From Lingula anatina (Eukaryota > Animalia > Brachiopoda), in assembly GCA_051362555.1 (NCBI GenBank), contig CM120640.1, positions 39,162,788 to 39,226,787 on the forward strand: DNA of 64,000 bases, written 5' to 3'. Positions 1 through 14,679 of the stretch are shown piece after piece. The stretch's first letter is position 1. Every line of letters begins with the position of its first letter. Under the pieces are notes generated by a model. The model saw nothing but the letters and a program-made list of their open reading frames with translations, had not been told where the DNA came from and did not search any database. Position numbers and translations under genes: made by a program.

Positions 1-62
1 AATCTTTGTCAGTACATTTGAATAGCATTGCAAAATGTAGATGGAAATGGGATTTGAATATT

Positions 63-215
63 CTGGGGTAGCGCTAACACTCGCTAATTTAGCCAAATGC
101 TAAAAGTGACATAAATTGGCTAAACAAAAAAGGCTTTATTTGACTTGTTTTAGTTATAAATTGACAAAAAAGCGGTGATTTGGCTAAGTGAAAAAAGTTG
201 CTAGCGCTACCCCAG
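63..215. mobile_element. Short MITE-like element
   Basis: Perfect 14-bp terminal inverted repeats ctggggtagcgcta (63-76) / tagcgctaccccag (202-215), internal inverted pair ttagccaaat/atttggctaa, flanked by direct repeat atatt (58-62, 216-220). Confidence 0.65.
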
Positions 216-599
216 ATATTACTTTAAAAGAAAAATGTCTGTTGTATTGTAAGCATTGTTATCTTATAAAAATCTCTATTGTTTATTGCTTTGGTAGTGC
301 TACTCATGCTGAGATATATAATATTTTGTAACTCATCATAAAAATAAAAATAGTAATGATAATAATAAAAGAATATGGTTACTGTTAGAATCAAACTCCC
401 ATTTAAGAATTGTTGAAATGAAATCTAAGTAATTGTGTAGAAGGCATTTCTTTGGGGAATAGAACTGAAAAAAGTGTTCAGATTTACAAGAAGACAATTT
501 TCTGTAATGAAAAAAAAAAAAGAGTATCATTAGTGTTCAATACATCATAGTCTGGTCCTCTGTCAAACTTGATGATGATATGTGTGACTTTCTCTCCAG

Positions 600-680
600 C
601 AACCTGTGGTGGTGGATCCTGATAAAGGCCTCAATGGATTTGATCTGCTGTCTGCCAATGAACATCTTCATGATAGTGAG
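600..680 (+). CDS. ADGB: ADGB exon (QPVVVDPDKGLNGFDLLSANEHLHDSE)
   Basis: ctccag acceptor, gtgagt donor, 81 nt, phase 0-0. Confidence 0.93.
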
Positions 681-3600
681 GTGAGTAGCATTTGGAAATG
701 TCTGATGCTTTTCATCATTTTACCCAATAATTGGTTATACCTCATTTCGTAAAATATGAAGCTGCTGTGAGAAAGTAAAAGTGTTTTAAATTGGTGTCTG
801 TGAAACTTTTGAATTTTGAAAAAAAAGAATAAGAAAAAATATGTGGAAGAAGAACTTAATCCTATGAATGCTGTACATATTTTCAATTATGTCCCTTCTC
901 AGAATGTTCAGAAAATGAAAATAATGCCTTTCAAGCACACAAGCCACGTTGTATTGAAAAATGAAAACACAGACATCATGCTTCAGTCATATGAGATTCA
1001 TGTACCTGTGGATTAGCAGCTGGTCCATTGTTTGGGAGGGAGGTTAGGTACTACCTTCAATGTCAAGCATTTCCTTTTATTATACAATAACACAGATTAG
1101 AAAAAAACTGGACTCACACAGCTTGTTGTAAGGCTATACATGTATCCTTTTGTATTGAAAGATCGTGTAGGATTTGACTATTGTCCACTGTGCCATCAGA
1201 TAATCTGCTACAAGTATACCTAGGAAGGTGTTTTAGTCTGTCAGTGGCCTGCCATTGTGTGACAGAAGAAAGAGGTAAAGAATAGATTCCAGTTTATAAC
1301 TGTGGTGGCGTGACTGAGACTCTTGGGCTGTCATGGCCGTGCAGTTTCTAGACTTTGTATGGGTTGGAGACAGGTTGTCACATCATCTTAGGTTTCAATG
1401 CAGCATGTATTTTTGACTAAGCCAGAGGAAATTTATTATATATGTAAGTACTTGGTATGAAGATGTGAAAGCTGGTGATTATATTATTCCAAGAATAAGG
1501 GACCGTGCTGTATTTTATAACTTTGAAACCAGTGGTTTGGAATTGTTCAGAGGATCAAAAGCCTTTTTCACAAGTGCAAGGCAGTATATATATATAGCTA
1601 ATAAGCTTGCATGTATTGGTTATTTTGGGAAAATATCTCTGAAAAGGTTCACTGAAAAGAGCTACAATTAAGGTTCAGGTATGAAGTGATAAAGGTTGGA
1701 CTGATATGGTAGCACATACACCCGCATTTAGTGTGGTGTTCCAAGTGGAATGGAAATGTTCATACAATTATGATCTGAGTATGAACTATTTTTCATCACC
1801 TCTTTGTCAATTTTTGAAACATAATCACTTAGGTGATGCCAAGAAGGCATAGCCGTGATGAGGAATGTATTAAATTTCCACCGCAAATTCTGTTTTCAGT
1901 TAATCCGCTGGATCATTAGTGAGGTGACAGCTTTGTGGCGCATGCACGCGGTGAAGAACCCTCCACCCGAAGATCCTAGTGATGAAACCTACCAAGAGTA
2001 TACGTACAACTGGAAACCCTGGGAGCATATTTTTGCCATTAACAAAGTCACCAAAGGTCCCTATATCCCAGCACATAACCCATACGGGAAGTACGCTGTC
2101 AAGTTGTATTGGATGGTAAGTGAATAGAATTGTTTGTTTTGGATGATGGATTGATGTGATATTTCAGCTGAGAGCTGCTTTGTTTGTGTTTGAGAGGTTA
2201 TTTTTCATTACTTTTGCTGTGGTGTCTTGAGGTAAAAGTGTAGTCTTTTATTTGTAAGACATTGAAAGACTAAAATGTCTAGGATGATTTTTTTTATTAC
2301 AAAGTGTTCATATCCTATTATGTGTAGGAAGCAAATGAGTATATATTAAGTATATGTACATTTAAAATTTTAATTAGATACATGGAAAATATAGATACCG
2401 ATACTTTATATAATTTTACCATCATAAAACTCTTTGAAAATATACTCAGAAGACTTCAAGAGGATTTCTGAAAGGGCATAGAAAAACAATATAGTCATCA
2501 GGGGAAAATAGGCAGTTATGATTACCTAGCTTCTTTAGGCTCCGCAGTAATTAATTAAAAGCAATCACATTATGTCCTGTTGCCAAGGTAACCAATCTCA
2601 CCTGTCTTGTAGATTACCTGTCATTATTATTGTCTCATCTCATCCTATACATCAGCTTAGGTGTCTCTATGATTCATTCTGATTCATTCTGTCACAAAAG
2701 AGAAAAACCCCAATGACATGGCTAATTACTTAGTGGAGTAGATAATCTGGAAAGACAGTCTGGTGCTGGTTAGCATATGCTGCCAGGGAAAGCTAGAGCA
2801 CTGATACTTTCAATGTTAGTGCAAGCAGCTGCACTTATTGTATTATTATGGAAATAACTGTAAATTGGGGTTTATCATGTGGTAGAAATATAAATGGCAA
2901 TATTCAAGACTTGTGTTGGTATAGGGAGATTTTAAAATATGAGAAATGGGTCCTGATTTTTTGTTCAGCATTGGTTTGGTTGAATCAGCTTTGATGTGAA
3001 GTCTGATGAAATTAGCGGAGTAGAGAAATTGTTTTTACTTCATTCCAGGGAAGCTGGCGTAAGATCTTCGTAGATGATTTGTTTCCGTTTGATGAATATG
3101 ACCGTCTTCTCCTGCCAGCCACCAGTATTCAATATGAACTGTGGCCCATGCTTCTCACTAAGGCACTCATAAAAGTGACATCATTAGAGTGAGTATTCTC
3201 AAATCAAAATCAATTTTTAAAATCATGTATACGTATATAACATTTTTGTCAAATGTAACTGATATTCCTCTTAGTTTTATTGTCTTTTGTCTTGTCACAT
3301 CATTTGGATTCATTATGCCTAGTATAATGTGAAGTTTTGTTATATTTTTACAATTTTCCTATTATCTGCTATGCAATGCAATGCAATGCAATGCAATGCA
3401 ATGCAATGCAATGCAATACAATGGATTTGATTTTAAGTGAAGTACAATTGAAATGTTAACATTAGCTTTGCAGGTGTTTGTCAACTGAAGATATATCTAA
3501 GATTCTAATATTCAAGATAATGATAATGACAGAGCATACTACCATCTATTTTTTGTTATTATTAATAAGATATAGGTATCACAAAATATTGATACATCTA

Positions 3601-6600
3601 TACATTTGTTATATTTACATAAGTCAGTGTCATACTCTAAGTTATAACATTTTTTCCCAGTTATGGCAGCACTTCCTCTGAATTTGGTGACACCAGTATA
3701 ATCCAGTGTCTGACAGGGTGGCTTCCAGAAACTATACCTTTACAGTAAGTTTTATACGGAATTCAAGTGTAGCCTCAAGTAATCTTCATTGGTACTTAGA
3801 GGTTTTTTAAAAATTCCTTCTGAAAAAATTTTTTTCAATCTCTCACTTTTAACTGCTCTCACTGATATAACTGCTCTCACTTCACATTTTCTTTTTTCTG
3901 TTTCTATTTGTATTTCTGCTGTCTTCTCTCTATCTCTCCTTTTGCTGCCAGTGCTTTAGTGTATGCTGATCAGCAGGTTTTAGTGGAACATTACAAAAAA
4001 TGTTTGGAGACTGTGCTGGGCCTGTCTGCAGAGCAAGATGAAATTCTTCTTAATGCCAGCTCCCAGCTGTTTGAACTGAACAATCCAGAAAACATTCCTG
4101 GGTAATATAGATGATTCATAATAATTGAAATGTTTTTAGATATATTTGATTTTTATTGTTTTTTTTTTTTTATGTGGTCAGGTAAAATTAAGCTTTTACT
4201 TGCAATTATTTAAACATATTAGACATTCGCGTGACTTTGACATGGTTTTGAAAATGAGAGCGTAAGTGCCACTGAAGACATAAAAGAAAAAACAAATAGC
4301 AGTCATTGCAATTATAACTTAAGGAAGTTTCGTGTCAGACATTGAAGCCAGAATATTATAACATTAACTGCCTGGAGAAAAAAAAAATTCTATTTAGGGA
4401 AAATTTATAAGGCAACCACTGATTGCAGTGTGTGCATGTGCGTGATACAAGTAGGATCCAATATCTATTAAAGCATTTTTTTCTGAAGTCTCATTACTGG
4501 TTAATAAGGTGAGATGCTCAAAACAAGGAAATTAAGACACAAGATGATTGCAAACCGCACACCTCGACTTCCTGGACTAGAAGATTAGGGATAATTTAAT
4601 GAAAAAAGGGTGACGTGACTATCTTCCTTTGGCACATATTAATATATACTGTACATATTTGAAGACTAATAATGGCTTTCCAAGTTGTCTGGGATTAACT
4701 AGAGGTATTGATCGCGAAGGGATTGGCTAACAGCATGGGCATACTGTTAAGATAAGAGTTAAGATAAGAGTTTATTCAGCCATTAATATATAAATATAAA
4801 ATTCATATAAAACGGAAATTGGACTGCTATTCGGGTTACAAATTATAAATAAATAAATTATAAATTTCCATTTTTGTTGTTAAAATAAGACACAGCAGAT
4901 GGGTAAAAACTCTTTAAAAACCTTTTAGATCCCTTAAAAGTTAAAAGCCTGCAGTTGCTCGGTAAAAATTCAAAAAGCCCATGTGAATAATAAATAATAT
5001 TCATTTGTATACATATGTACATGCACATAGCTTAGTTTCTTTTTTCACTACGTGTAACATGTCGTTCTGTCTACTATCACAAATTAATATTTTTCAAATT
5101 TTAAATATCCACATACAAGCAGGGTGGGCTTGAGTCAGGGTTTCTTATTTGGAAAAGTTGTTATTGCAAAAAAAAAAAAGAAAAAATAGCCTATTGATTT
5201 TTACTTATATACATTGCACATTTGCTTCTATGCCTGTTACATTGCCTGTTGATTATTATATGAAATTCTAATACTGTCGTTTATGTCTCCAATTTCATCA
5301 GATATGGCCATGTGGATCAGATATGGAAGTTGTTGAAGGCAGTTCTACCAGAATGGGTTCTCCCTGAGCCAGAACCAGAAAAGATCCCAGAAGTGGAAGC
5401 TCCACCTGATACTGCTGGACAGGTAATGATCTGCTATCAGTGTCAGCTTATTTTCAGAATTTGATAATTGGTCCGGGTAAACCCAGAAATACACATAGAT
5501 GGTTTTTGCATTTGAGACTCCATAGGCATTATACCCAGTTAAGAAATATTTGGCGTCAGATACTGTTTTTTAATTTTTTTGTCCGCAATACATCAGTGTG
5601 GATGAAATCATGGTAAAGTTGCACCCTTGATGCTGTTGCATTTTCAGGACCTGGAGGGGAAGTCTGATAGCTGGGGCACTGTAAGACTTGACATCAATTG
5701 TGTGCATGTTCCTGCAATATAGTGCTTCTAGTGATCAATTTACCAGTTGTCAGTTTTTTTGTTCTCCTTCTATTATTATTTTTTTTATTTCACTTTGAAA
5801 TTTCCCTAAACCTCTGTCATGTTTGTTAAAAAGGAACATGATTGCAAGCTGTCTGCATGCAAACCAAGACTGTCAAGTGTGAAATCCACTGTGACTCGGT
5901 TGAATATTATTTATTATTCATAAAAAATGTTTCCCATACCATTGTCAGATTGTATTGTAATTGTATAATTCTTTCCCCTTTTTGTTTGTTTATCCAAGCT
6001 TTTAAACAAAGAAAACCCCACTTCTTGTTTATCTGATTTCTTCCATTTAAGTTATCCCTCTTGCAAATTTCAAGCAATACTGTGATTTGGGTTGAGAATG
6101 CTTAAAAAAGCTACATGAAGAGAGTGAAGATAGGCAAGCTTATCTATCAACAAGATAGATATTTTTGAGGATTTTTGCTAGAGCTTCAATTGTCATTGTT
6201 TAAGCATAGCATTGTATTTGTTTGAAGTAAAGGTTATGAGCATACATCATTTTTTTTCTACTTTTGACTTTTTAATAATTGTATTTTTTTATTTACTAGG
6301 AGTCTATAAATCCAGAGAAAGCAACAGAGAAATCAGAGATAGACAAAAAGAGTGAGAAAGCAGACCCCAAGGCAGCAGGGAAAGAAAAAGATGCTGGCAA
6401 GGAGAAAGCAAAAGAAGGGAAAGGTTTGTTATCCAATCCCTTGATTTTTCTGGGAATTTTGCAGCACCATTTGTATCCAAAGGTTTAAACTTTGCTGGGA
6501 TTTTTTCAAAATTTATTTTAATTAATAAATTTTTTTGTTTGTGTGAGCACTGTTCTTAATTGCTGATGGTTTGCTTATGATGTATATCAGTCATTGTAAG

Positions 6601-9600
6601 ATGATGACTTCTGACTTATCACAATCTGTGAACATACGTTGATTTAGAGTTTATTTTTTCACAGAGAAGGGTAAAGATGCCAAGGATGACAAGAAAGGAA
6701 AGGACAAAGACAAGGCAGCTCAGCCAAGTAAGTCAACTGTGTTTTCAATCCACAATAATGATTGATACTCAGATTCATATCCATATTGATTTGTATTAAT
6801 TGTTTTGATTTAATTTGATTTGAACAAACAATTTTATTTTATCCTCTGTATAGTGTTAATTAATTTTTATTACTTCAGAGGAAAAACCAGATGAGGTGCC
6901 CATTCCAGAATCTCCGGAACTTGTTGTATTTGCCAGTTATGTGAGCAGTCCTAAGTACCCACCAAAAGTCTCTGTGCTCAGAGAGATGGTGAGGAATAGT
7001 TTTCATACAATATTCCAGCCACTTGGAAAGAGTAAAAAATTGAAATTATTAGAAAATATGTGCTGTTTGAGTTACCTTGAAAGAGAAAGATGGAATTATA
7101 AAAAATATAATACAATTTTAGGCATTATGGCTGGAATGAGTAAAGGATCAAAATTATTTGAAAAGAGATGTGAAAAAGATAACTGCATCTTTCCTAAGAG
7201 GCCGGCTTTTTCATTTATAAATTTCCACATAACTGTACACCTATATAGGTATAAAAATAAAGACCCTGGCTAGTATCAGGTCTGAAGTTTAGGATAAATC
7301 ATACCATGCTATGAATACTCATTATGGTTATAATATGATTATGATAAAATGTTCTCTCACCTACAGGCTGATGCCAGTGAGCGTCTGCGTCAGTCAGGGC
7401 TGTCCCACCTGTTCCCTCACCCAGTGTGGATCACTCAGACCCGCTCCTGCCCCCTAGAACCCCCACCCCCTCCTGAGAAAATACCTGCATGGAAACTAAT
7501 ACGACCAAAGAAAAAGAAAACAACTCCTTTGGATGAGCCAAAAGGTATGCTACATCTGTTCAGTTTTGTTTGGAATTTTTGGAATTTTGAAACTCAGATG
7601 TTGGCTTTTTACACATAGTTCACTTTATTAAGTATGACATAACACCAGCATTCAAGTTCATAGATACCACTGTGTCTACAAAGTGTTAATTAATTCTCAT
7701 GATAGTTCACAGTCATAAAGAAAAGTATGTGACATGTTCTGTTTTGTATTTTTTCCATCAGCTGAGCCTGAGGCTCCCAAACCTATTCAGTGTGTAGAGA
7801 TCACTTCTCCATTTGTCAACTATAAAGTCAGCCCTGTGCCAATCCCCACTGATGTGTAAGTTTTCTAACATAGAAATTGATTTTACAGACTTTTTTGAAT
7901 AAATGAATGGAAGAAAGATTGATTAAATACACAAACAAATAAATGAAAAGATAGATAGATAAAATAGATAAATAAATAACTTGATGAATAAATATAATTT
8001 GTGTGGATAAGTTAAATAGTTGATTAATAAATAAATATATAAATGTTTGTTGTAAAATGCTATTGAATGCGACATATTTGTATTTAGATATATTATGTGA
8101 ATAAAAGTGATTTATTTACTGTAGACATAGACCTAAGTCATCACTAGAGAGAGGTGCCACTAGGCCTCCCACCTCCAATGTTGATGCCATCGAAGAAACA
8201 GATGAGAACATCCCTGAGCCAGAGCCAGTAGAGGCTGCAGCAGCTCCCCCTCCAGAGACCCCCAAACCTGAGGACCTTCCCCGCGTTGAGGTGACTGTAT
8301 GTATCTTCCGTGTCCAGTTAGTTGTACAGTGGTTCATGTTGTTCTCGTCTCCCTAAAATGTGTTGTCCAACAAAGACAGTGTATCTATGACCTCTCTGTA
8401 CTGGTTGAAACTGACTTACTTCAGGTGACATCTATACATGTACATGTTACTAATATATTTCAAATTCAACATGGTTATGTGTAACCAATATATTATAACC
8501 ACTGCATGCCTAACTGTGACATATTTTTACTGTGAGGAGGCCCCATGCTAGAACAAGAATATTTTACTGTGGTATTGTAATCTTGGCTATATATATCGCT
8601 AATCTAAAACAGTACACAAACAGACTGTTGTCGTTTTACATGGGGCATGCTCACAGATATTTATATAGTGGAAAGAAGCTAAGTCAAGACAGATGTATAC
8701 AGCCGTTATTTTTCCAGTATTATAAGGAGATCATGAGTTTTCTGACATTGTCAGTTTACCAACTGCTTGACTAAGCTAAATTCCATTTCATCCTTGAACT
8801 TTTACAAACAGTGCTACTTTTTAAAGTCACTGTTTGTGCTGATATTCTTATATCAGTTATGATTAGTCAGATGATTTATTACACCATAATCATTAAGATA
8901 CTACAGGTTGCTTTCTATATATAATATATATCTGTAGAAAAATAGAGCATTCAAGTAGATTGAATATTTCTCAAGGAAACTTTTAGTTTTATAGATAAGC
9001 AAATATAGATCACTTGACATTGATGTTTCTTTGGTACCCATTATACTAACAATTACATATCATAGTAGTATATAAAAGAAGCATGCATATTTCACCTATA
9101 TCTAATAGATGATAGCATTAAGTATTCCATTTCACATCATTAGTATTTCTTTTCCCACCCTCCCCACACATACAGAAGTCCCGATCAAGGACTGTGAGAA
9201 TTGTAGTAAGTGCTGGGTTATATATGCTTGCCTACAGTACAGTAATGCATGTTGTGCAGAAAAAAACATATATTTCAGTGATGCATGTAGTGTAGGACTT
9301 TTATCCCACTTGAACAGTGCATGTAGTGAATGTCATTTTCTTTCGGTGCAGTTATGCATGTTATGGACAGGTTTATGGTGGTCATGATGAGAGATGTTTG
9401 AATATTACTTTTTTTTCCCAATAGTCAGACTTCACATAAAATTTATATATTAATTTCAGTGCAGTGATGTATGTTGTAAGAAGCAGCTGTCCTGTATATT
9501 TGTATGAGTCTGTATTATATGGCGGTGTCTTGCATAAGGTGTTTTTTGTTGTAAATATAATTGTCCACATGTTTTTTTATTGTTACCCTATAAACACTAA

Positions 9601-12600
9601 GACACATGCTCATGATCAGTGGCTGATTGTAATGTTGTTGTCCCAGTTGCAATTGTAAATTTTATTTTACTTAAGGGTATTAATGTACATGTAGAGTTAA
9701 GTTCAATGTTGTTACATCTACCTTGATATGTTTGGTTTTACTGCACATGCAATGTGCTATGCATGTTTGGATGTAAATGTGGATGAGCATTGTCTGTCAG
9801 GGTACATATGCTGAAATTTAAATATCTATATACAATAATATTTTTATGTCCTTAATTGAAGTATTGTTACAGAGCAAGGAGACTTAATATGGAAATCTTC
9901 ATTTGCTTTGATTAGTTTTCAATGAATTGATGCATATTTTGGAGATAATCAGAGCTCATAGGTATACCATAGAAAGCTAAAAGCAGTCCATAAATCAAAC
10001 TCATTTCACATTTACATCGGGTACAGAATGAGTTAAAACATATCAAGAAAAGTTATTTGAGAGCAGCTTATTCTTTGTGCCCTCCAATATTTCCTCTGCA
10101 ACATGTATCCTGTATATTTATTGCTTTTTTTCCATAGTACACCCCTTAGACACCTCCCTGAGCAATATTACCCATAGCTTTGTACGTCCTTAGTTGTGAC
10201 ACTTGTTTCATATAATCACAATACTCACATGCTATTCTCCTGTGTTATAGCCTGCTGTAGAGACAGCCAGCCTAGCCAGCAAGCCCAGTGGCTCCAAGCC
10301 AGGCACACCTAGTGGGAAGAAAAAGAAAGAAGTGGGATCAGCAGCTAAGAAAGAGGAGGCTGTAAGTTGCTTTTATAACTTGATGATTTTATATTTGAGA
10401 GGGGTCTCAGTTTGATGGACATGCTGACAGCTGAAAATCTTTATTTTGATTTCATGTACATTATACTGTATATATTGCATGTGAGTTATCTCACATTATT
10501 TCAAGGGAAGCGGTAAAAAGACGAGTCAAAAAGCTAGTAGATAACATGAAATTGCTATAAATAAAGAAGAAAAAAAAAATGCCCAGACACAAAAATAAAT
10601 GTAAAGAATTAATTAGTGTTAGGATTATCATTATTGTTAACTTCTCTTCTAGTCTCCCAAACCAGAGCCCAAGAAAGGCCTAGGTTCCCCTGGGAAAGAG
10701 AGGAAGAAGAGTTCAACAGTTAGAGACAGGACAGACTCCATCAAATCTAAAGACTCCAAGATGGAGAAAGACCCCAAAAGTGCAGCATCACTTCCCAGAG
10801 GGGCAGGTGAGAATTCCATTAAATCCACGTATACAGAGACTTTAAGACTTAATATAATTTCTTTGCAGGTCATTGGTATTAATTATGACAATTAAGCCCT
10901 AACCGTAGTCAAACAGCCATAATCCCTTTATCATGCACAGACACTGGCACCCACATTAAGTCAAAAATGGCCTTATTAATTATTTAGAACATTTAATCAA
11001 ATGTGCATCTTCTCACGAATTTCATCATTATACTAACTCATGTTGATAAAAATCAGTCTAGTGAAAAAATCAGATAACATTTGATAAAAAATAATTTTGT
11101 AGGATGCATAGACTTCAGTTATATATATATAGATAATGTTTATAAACAGCCAGTCATAAATTCTGCCCTGTTTCCAGATGCGACACCTTCTGTGGTCTTT
11201 GATCCCAATGCTCCTCATGCAGAAGGAGAGGAGGAGCAGGCGACGGAGCAGACCCCTGAACCACCCAAACCCACCAACCTGTGGATGGACTTTGAGACCT
11301 TTGTCAAGTGCTTCAAGTAAGTCTGAAGACATGTCTTATCAGTTATTATATGTAAAATGTAAACAAAAAATAATCGATAGAGGAACGTGAAACCAGGGAA
11401 CTGAGGAAGGTCTAGGATGATAAAGAATATTAAATGCTGAAACTGATTGAAATATGTTTATGAAAACCTTAAAATTGATTTGAAATTTTTCAAGTTGTAT
11501 TTTTACACAAAGATTTAACAAAATTAAATATTAACAACTTTGTAGATTATATGCTTATATATAAGCATGTTTAACAACTTATACTTAAGAGAAATTTCTT
11601 TTTATTTTTTCAGAACTATTTACATATACCACAAGCCCAATACATATGCATGTAACCACAAGTTTTCTGACCTAAAGGTATGTACACATGCAGTGTTATT
11701 GTAGTTGGCAAGTAGGTTACTGATTAAGCTTAATAGCTCATTTTCTTTTTGTGCATTAAAAAAGAGACAGTTATGTTAGTAAGACAATTTAGTAGTTTTA
11801 AAACTAGATGTGCACTTCATGAGTGAGGCATTACAGATGCCCTTTAGTTCACATTTTAAATTTTGATTAGGTCTTTTGAATTTTTGTCATCAGAAATGAT
11901 AATGTATTTTGTTGTAGAAGTTATAACTTTCAGTTTTAATGATTACACTGCTATGAGTATTTAAAATGACAATACATTTACAAGTGTTTTAAACCCAGAT
12001 GGGATGGTCTGGCCATTATGCATGCAAATTTTCCTGTAGCAAGTAAAAGATGTTATAATAGCTAGTATTGTTTTGGCTTATAGAAACTAGACAGGCTGAC
12101 AGCACAGGTTGGTAGATCGAGGAACTGTGTGATAGTTGTTAGTTGATGATGTGTTTATATTGATTCTTTTCAAACATTTAAAACAGTTTTGAACAGTTGT
12201 GTCTATATGTAACCTACTGACTGCTGTTTTATCTATTCAGCTGACTTCTGGAAATTGTAACATTTAACTGTTTATTGAGATGATTAAAGTGTAATGAGAT
12301 TTTTGATAGTAACCACGGTAATGTTAATTTTATTTCAGTTGATGCATTTTCTTTTTGTTTGATATATGATTTTTGTTTTAAAAAAAGTTATGTTCTAACA
12401 AATAACGGTTGTTCAAAACAGGAGATCTCAAAAGTAACAAATTCAGCAATGTTAAATCAGTTCTCTAATATGCTTTATTTCTGTTGATTAAGTGATTTAC
12501 TTTTTTTTATATTATGTTTTTAACATCATTTGATTAATGAGAGTGCCTTGTTCAATACCACTAATTAACAAATTTTGATGTCTTTAATTACTATTTTTGA

Positions 12601-14646
12601 GTGAAATTATTTATGAAACAAACCATTATACCAACAGTATTGGGAATTGATAAAGTAACCTGTGGATTTGAACTTTAAGAATATTTATTAAATAATTCAA
12701 CTTTGTCATGCAGTTTCCTTTTTCAACTTGCAATTTTAAAGCTGGAAAGGTTTATAGAATGATGTGCATGTAGAGAGTGACGTGTGTGTATTTTCTTAAA
12801 AACCTGCAGTCATTTAATTTTGTTTACAATTTTATTTCAGTCCCTTTCAATGAAATAGATATGTTAATTAATATTTTCCTCAGCATCTGTCTTGATTGAA
12901 AGGAAAAAAGGACACAGAGAAGAAATGCTACTTTTTGTTCAACTCACTAAAAAATCATTTTCTATTTTTCAAGCAAGCTGTCTTCACCTACTGACTGTGT
13001 ATAGTGTCTGATTTGGATTAAAAAGTTGTTTTTTAAATGTTCATTTAACATGTGTCATCACTTTGTTCAGTCCTTAGGGGCTCCAGTGGCTACACCATCT
13101 AAACAAGACAAGAAAGGGACCCCGGTAAATGTCCTAGCTGTGTGCCACGTAGGACATAAACCCACTGTAGACACACCAGCTAATGCCTGGCCTCTCACAC
13201 AATGTTAACATATGTATGGCACTGACACTGATGAGCTGAAAAAGGCACTATTCTTTAAGACCCAGTGTCTGTTATATGATTTTAACAACCATCACAAAAA
13301 GTTGAATTAATAGCAGAAAAAAATAATAAGTAAATAAATGAGTAGATAAATCAAAATCTGAAAAGCCTCATTTCAGCTCAGGCAAAATAATATTTTTACG
13401 TATTGGATAATAGTGATGGTGTGAGCATTTTAACCACTGACAATTTGATTTCAGGCTTGAGCTTACAGATCCATATTTGATATGCAAGTGTCCAACATAT
13501 AACTGACTATGTTTTTATGATAACACTTATAGATATTTATACATCTCTTTAAAGTTTATTTATTTATTTAAATTTATTTATTTATTTTTACACAACAATC
13601 AGAAGCTTCTTTATCATCATCATTATATTATCACTTTATGCACCATTGTGTTCAGTTTGAGTGTTTTGCACGGGTTTGGTTTTTCCTGTGTTTCAGAGTG
13701 TTGCACCAGCCAGCAGCACAAAAGGTGGCACTAAAGCTGCCCCCACCGCCGCCGTCACGGTAAATACTTCTGCTACGTCTCTGGCTAGTCCCGGGCCTAG
13801 GGCTAAGCCTGGGCTCTCTCCACAACCCTATCAAACTGCTAAAGTAGTGAGTAGAACCTCCTCTCTTTGTAGACTTTTTTATTTATTTTGTTTTATTTAT
13901 TTTATTTATTATTATAATTTTTTTATTTTTTACAGACCTGTGTACCAAAGTGCATGCTATACATGGTGCATGGTTTTGTCTTTAAAACTACCACCTGTTT
14001 TAGATTTTTTAAAAAGTTGAAATTTTTTTGGGGAAAATGCTATTGTGAAAAAGGTGGAAACACTAGTTTTGATTCATAACTGAACAGGATTTCAAAAAAG
14101 GTTTGGTTTCTGAAAGTTATCTGGTATATTTCCTATCTCTTTGCCAAATAGCTTATTTCTTTCTTATTTTAGTGAAATGCTATGCTAAAGTTTTCCTTGT
14201 GTCATAGCTGCAGCATTCTACATTAAACCAGTGTCTTATTACAAACTTCTTTGATAAAGTATTATGCTTCATATTAGTTCACTTTTGCTTATGCTTCCGA
14301 TGTTGTTTGCTATACTTTATAGCTATGTTCTGACTCTTTTAAAAGAAATATTTCTTTAAAAAAGAAAACTACTGATTTCTTGATGGTTTTCCTTCTGAGG
14401 TTTCCTTTGTGTAGTTTTTTTAGTGTTTATTACTTTTATTAAATCATAATTAATTTATAGCATTGAACTTAACTTTTTACTTCTCTTTTACAAAAATGAT
14501 GCATGCTATTGTTACCCTTTTTGTATTTATTTCATTTTAACTTACCAAAACAATTGCAATTATTATTATAAGTGTTGTTTTGAGGGAAGGAACATTTTGT
14601 TTGTTTCATTTTTTGTTTTAAAATACATGTACAATGGTGCAATCGT

Positions 14647-14679
<33 letters not shown>

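Noticed and set aside
1142-1150. Second U12-like donor GTATCCTTT
   Set aside because: No upstream exon or paired U12 branch site; flanking exons already join in frame through a U2 intron.
12241-12260. Possible micro-exon after ctattcag
   Set aside because: The nearest GT gives a 16-nt frame-shifting exon with a weak donor.
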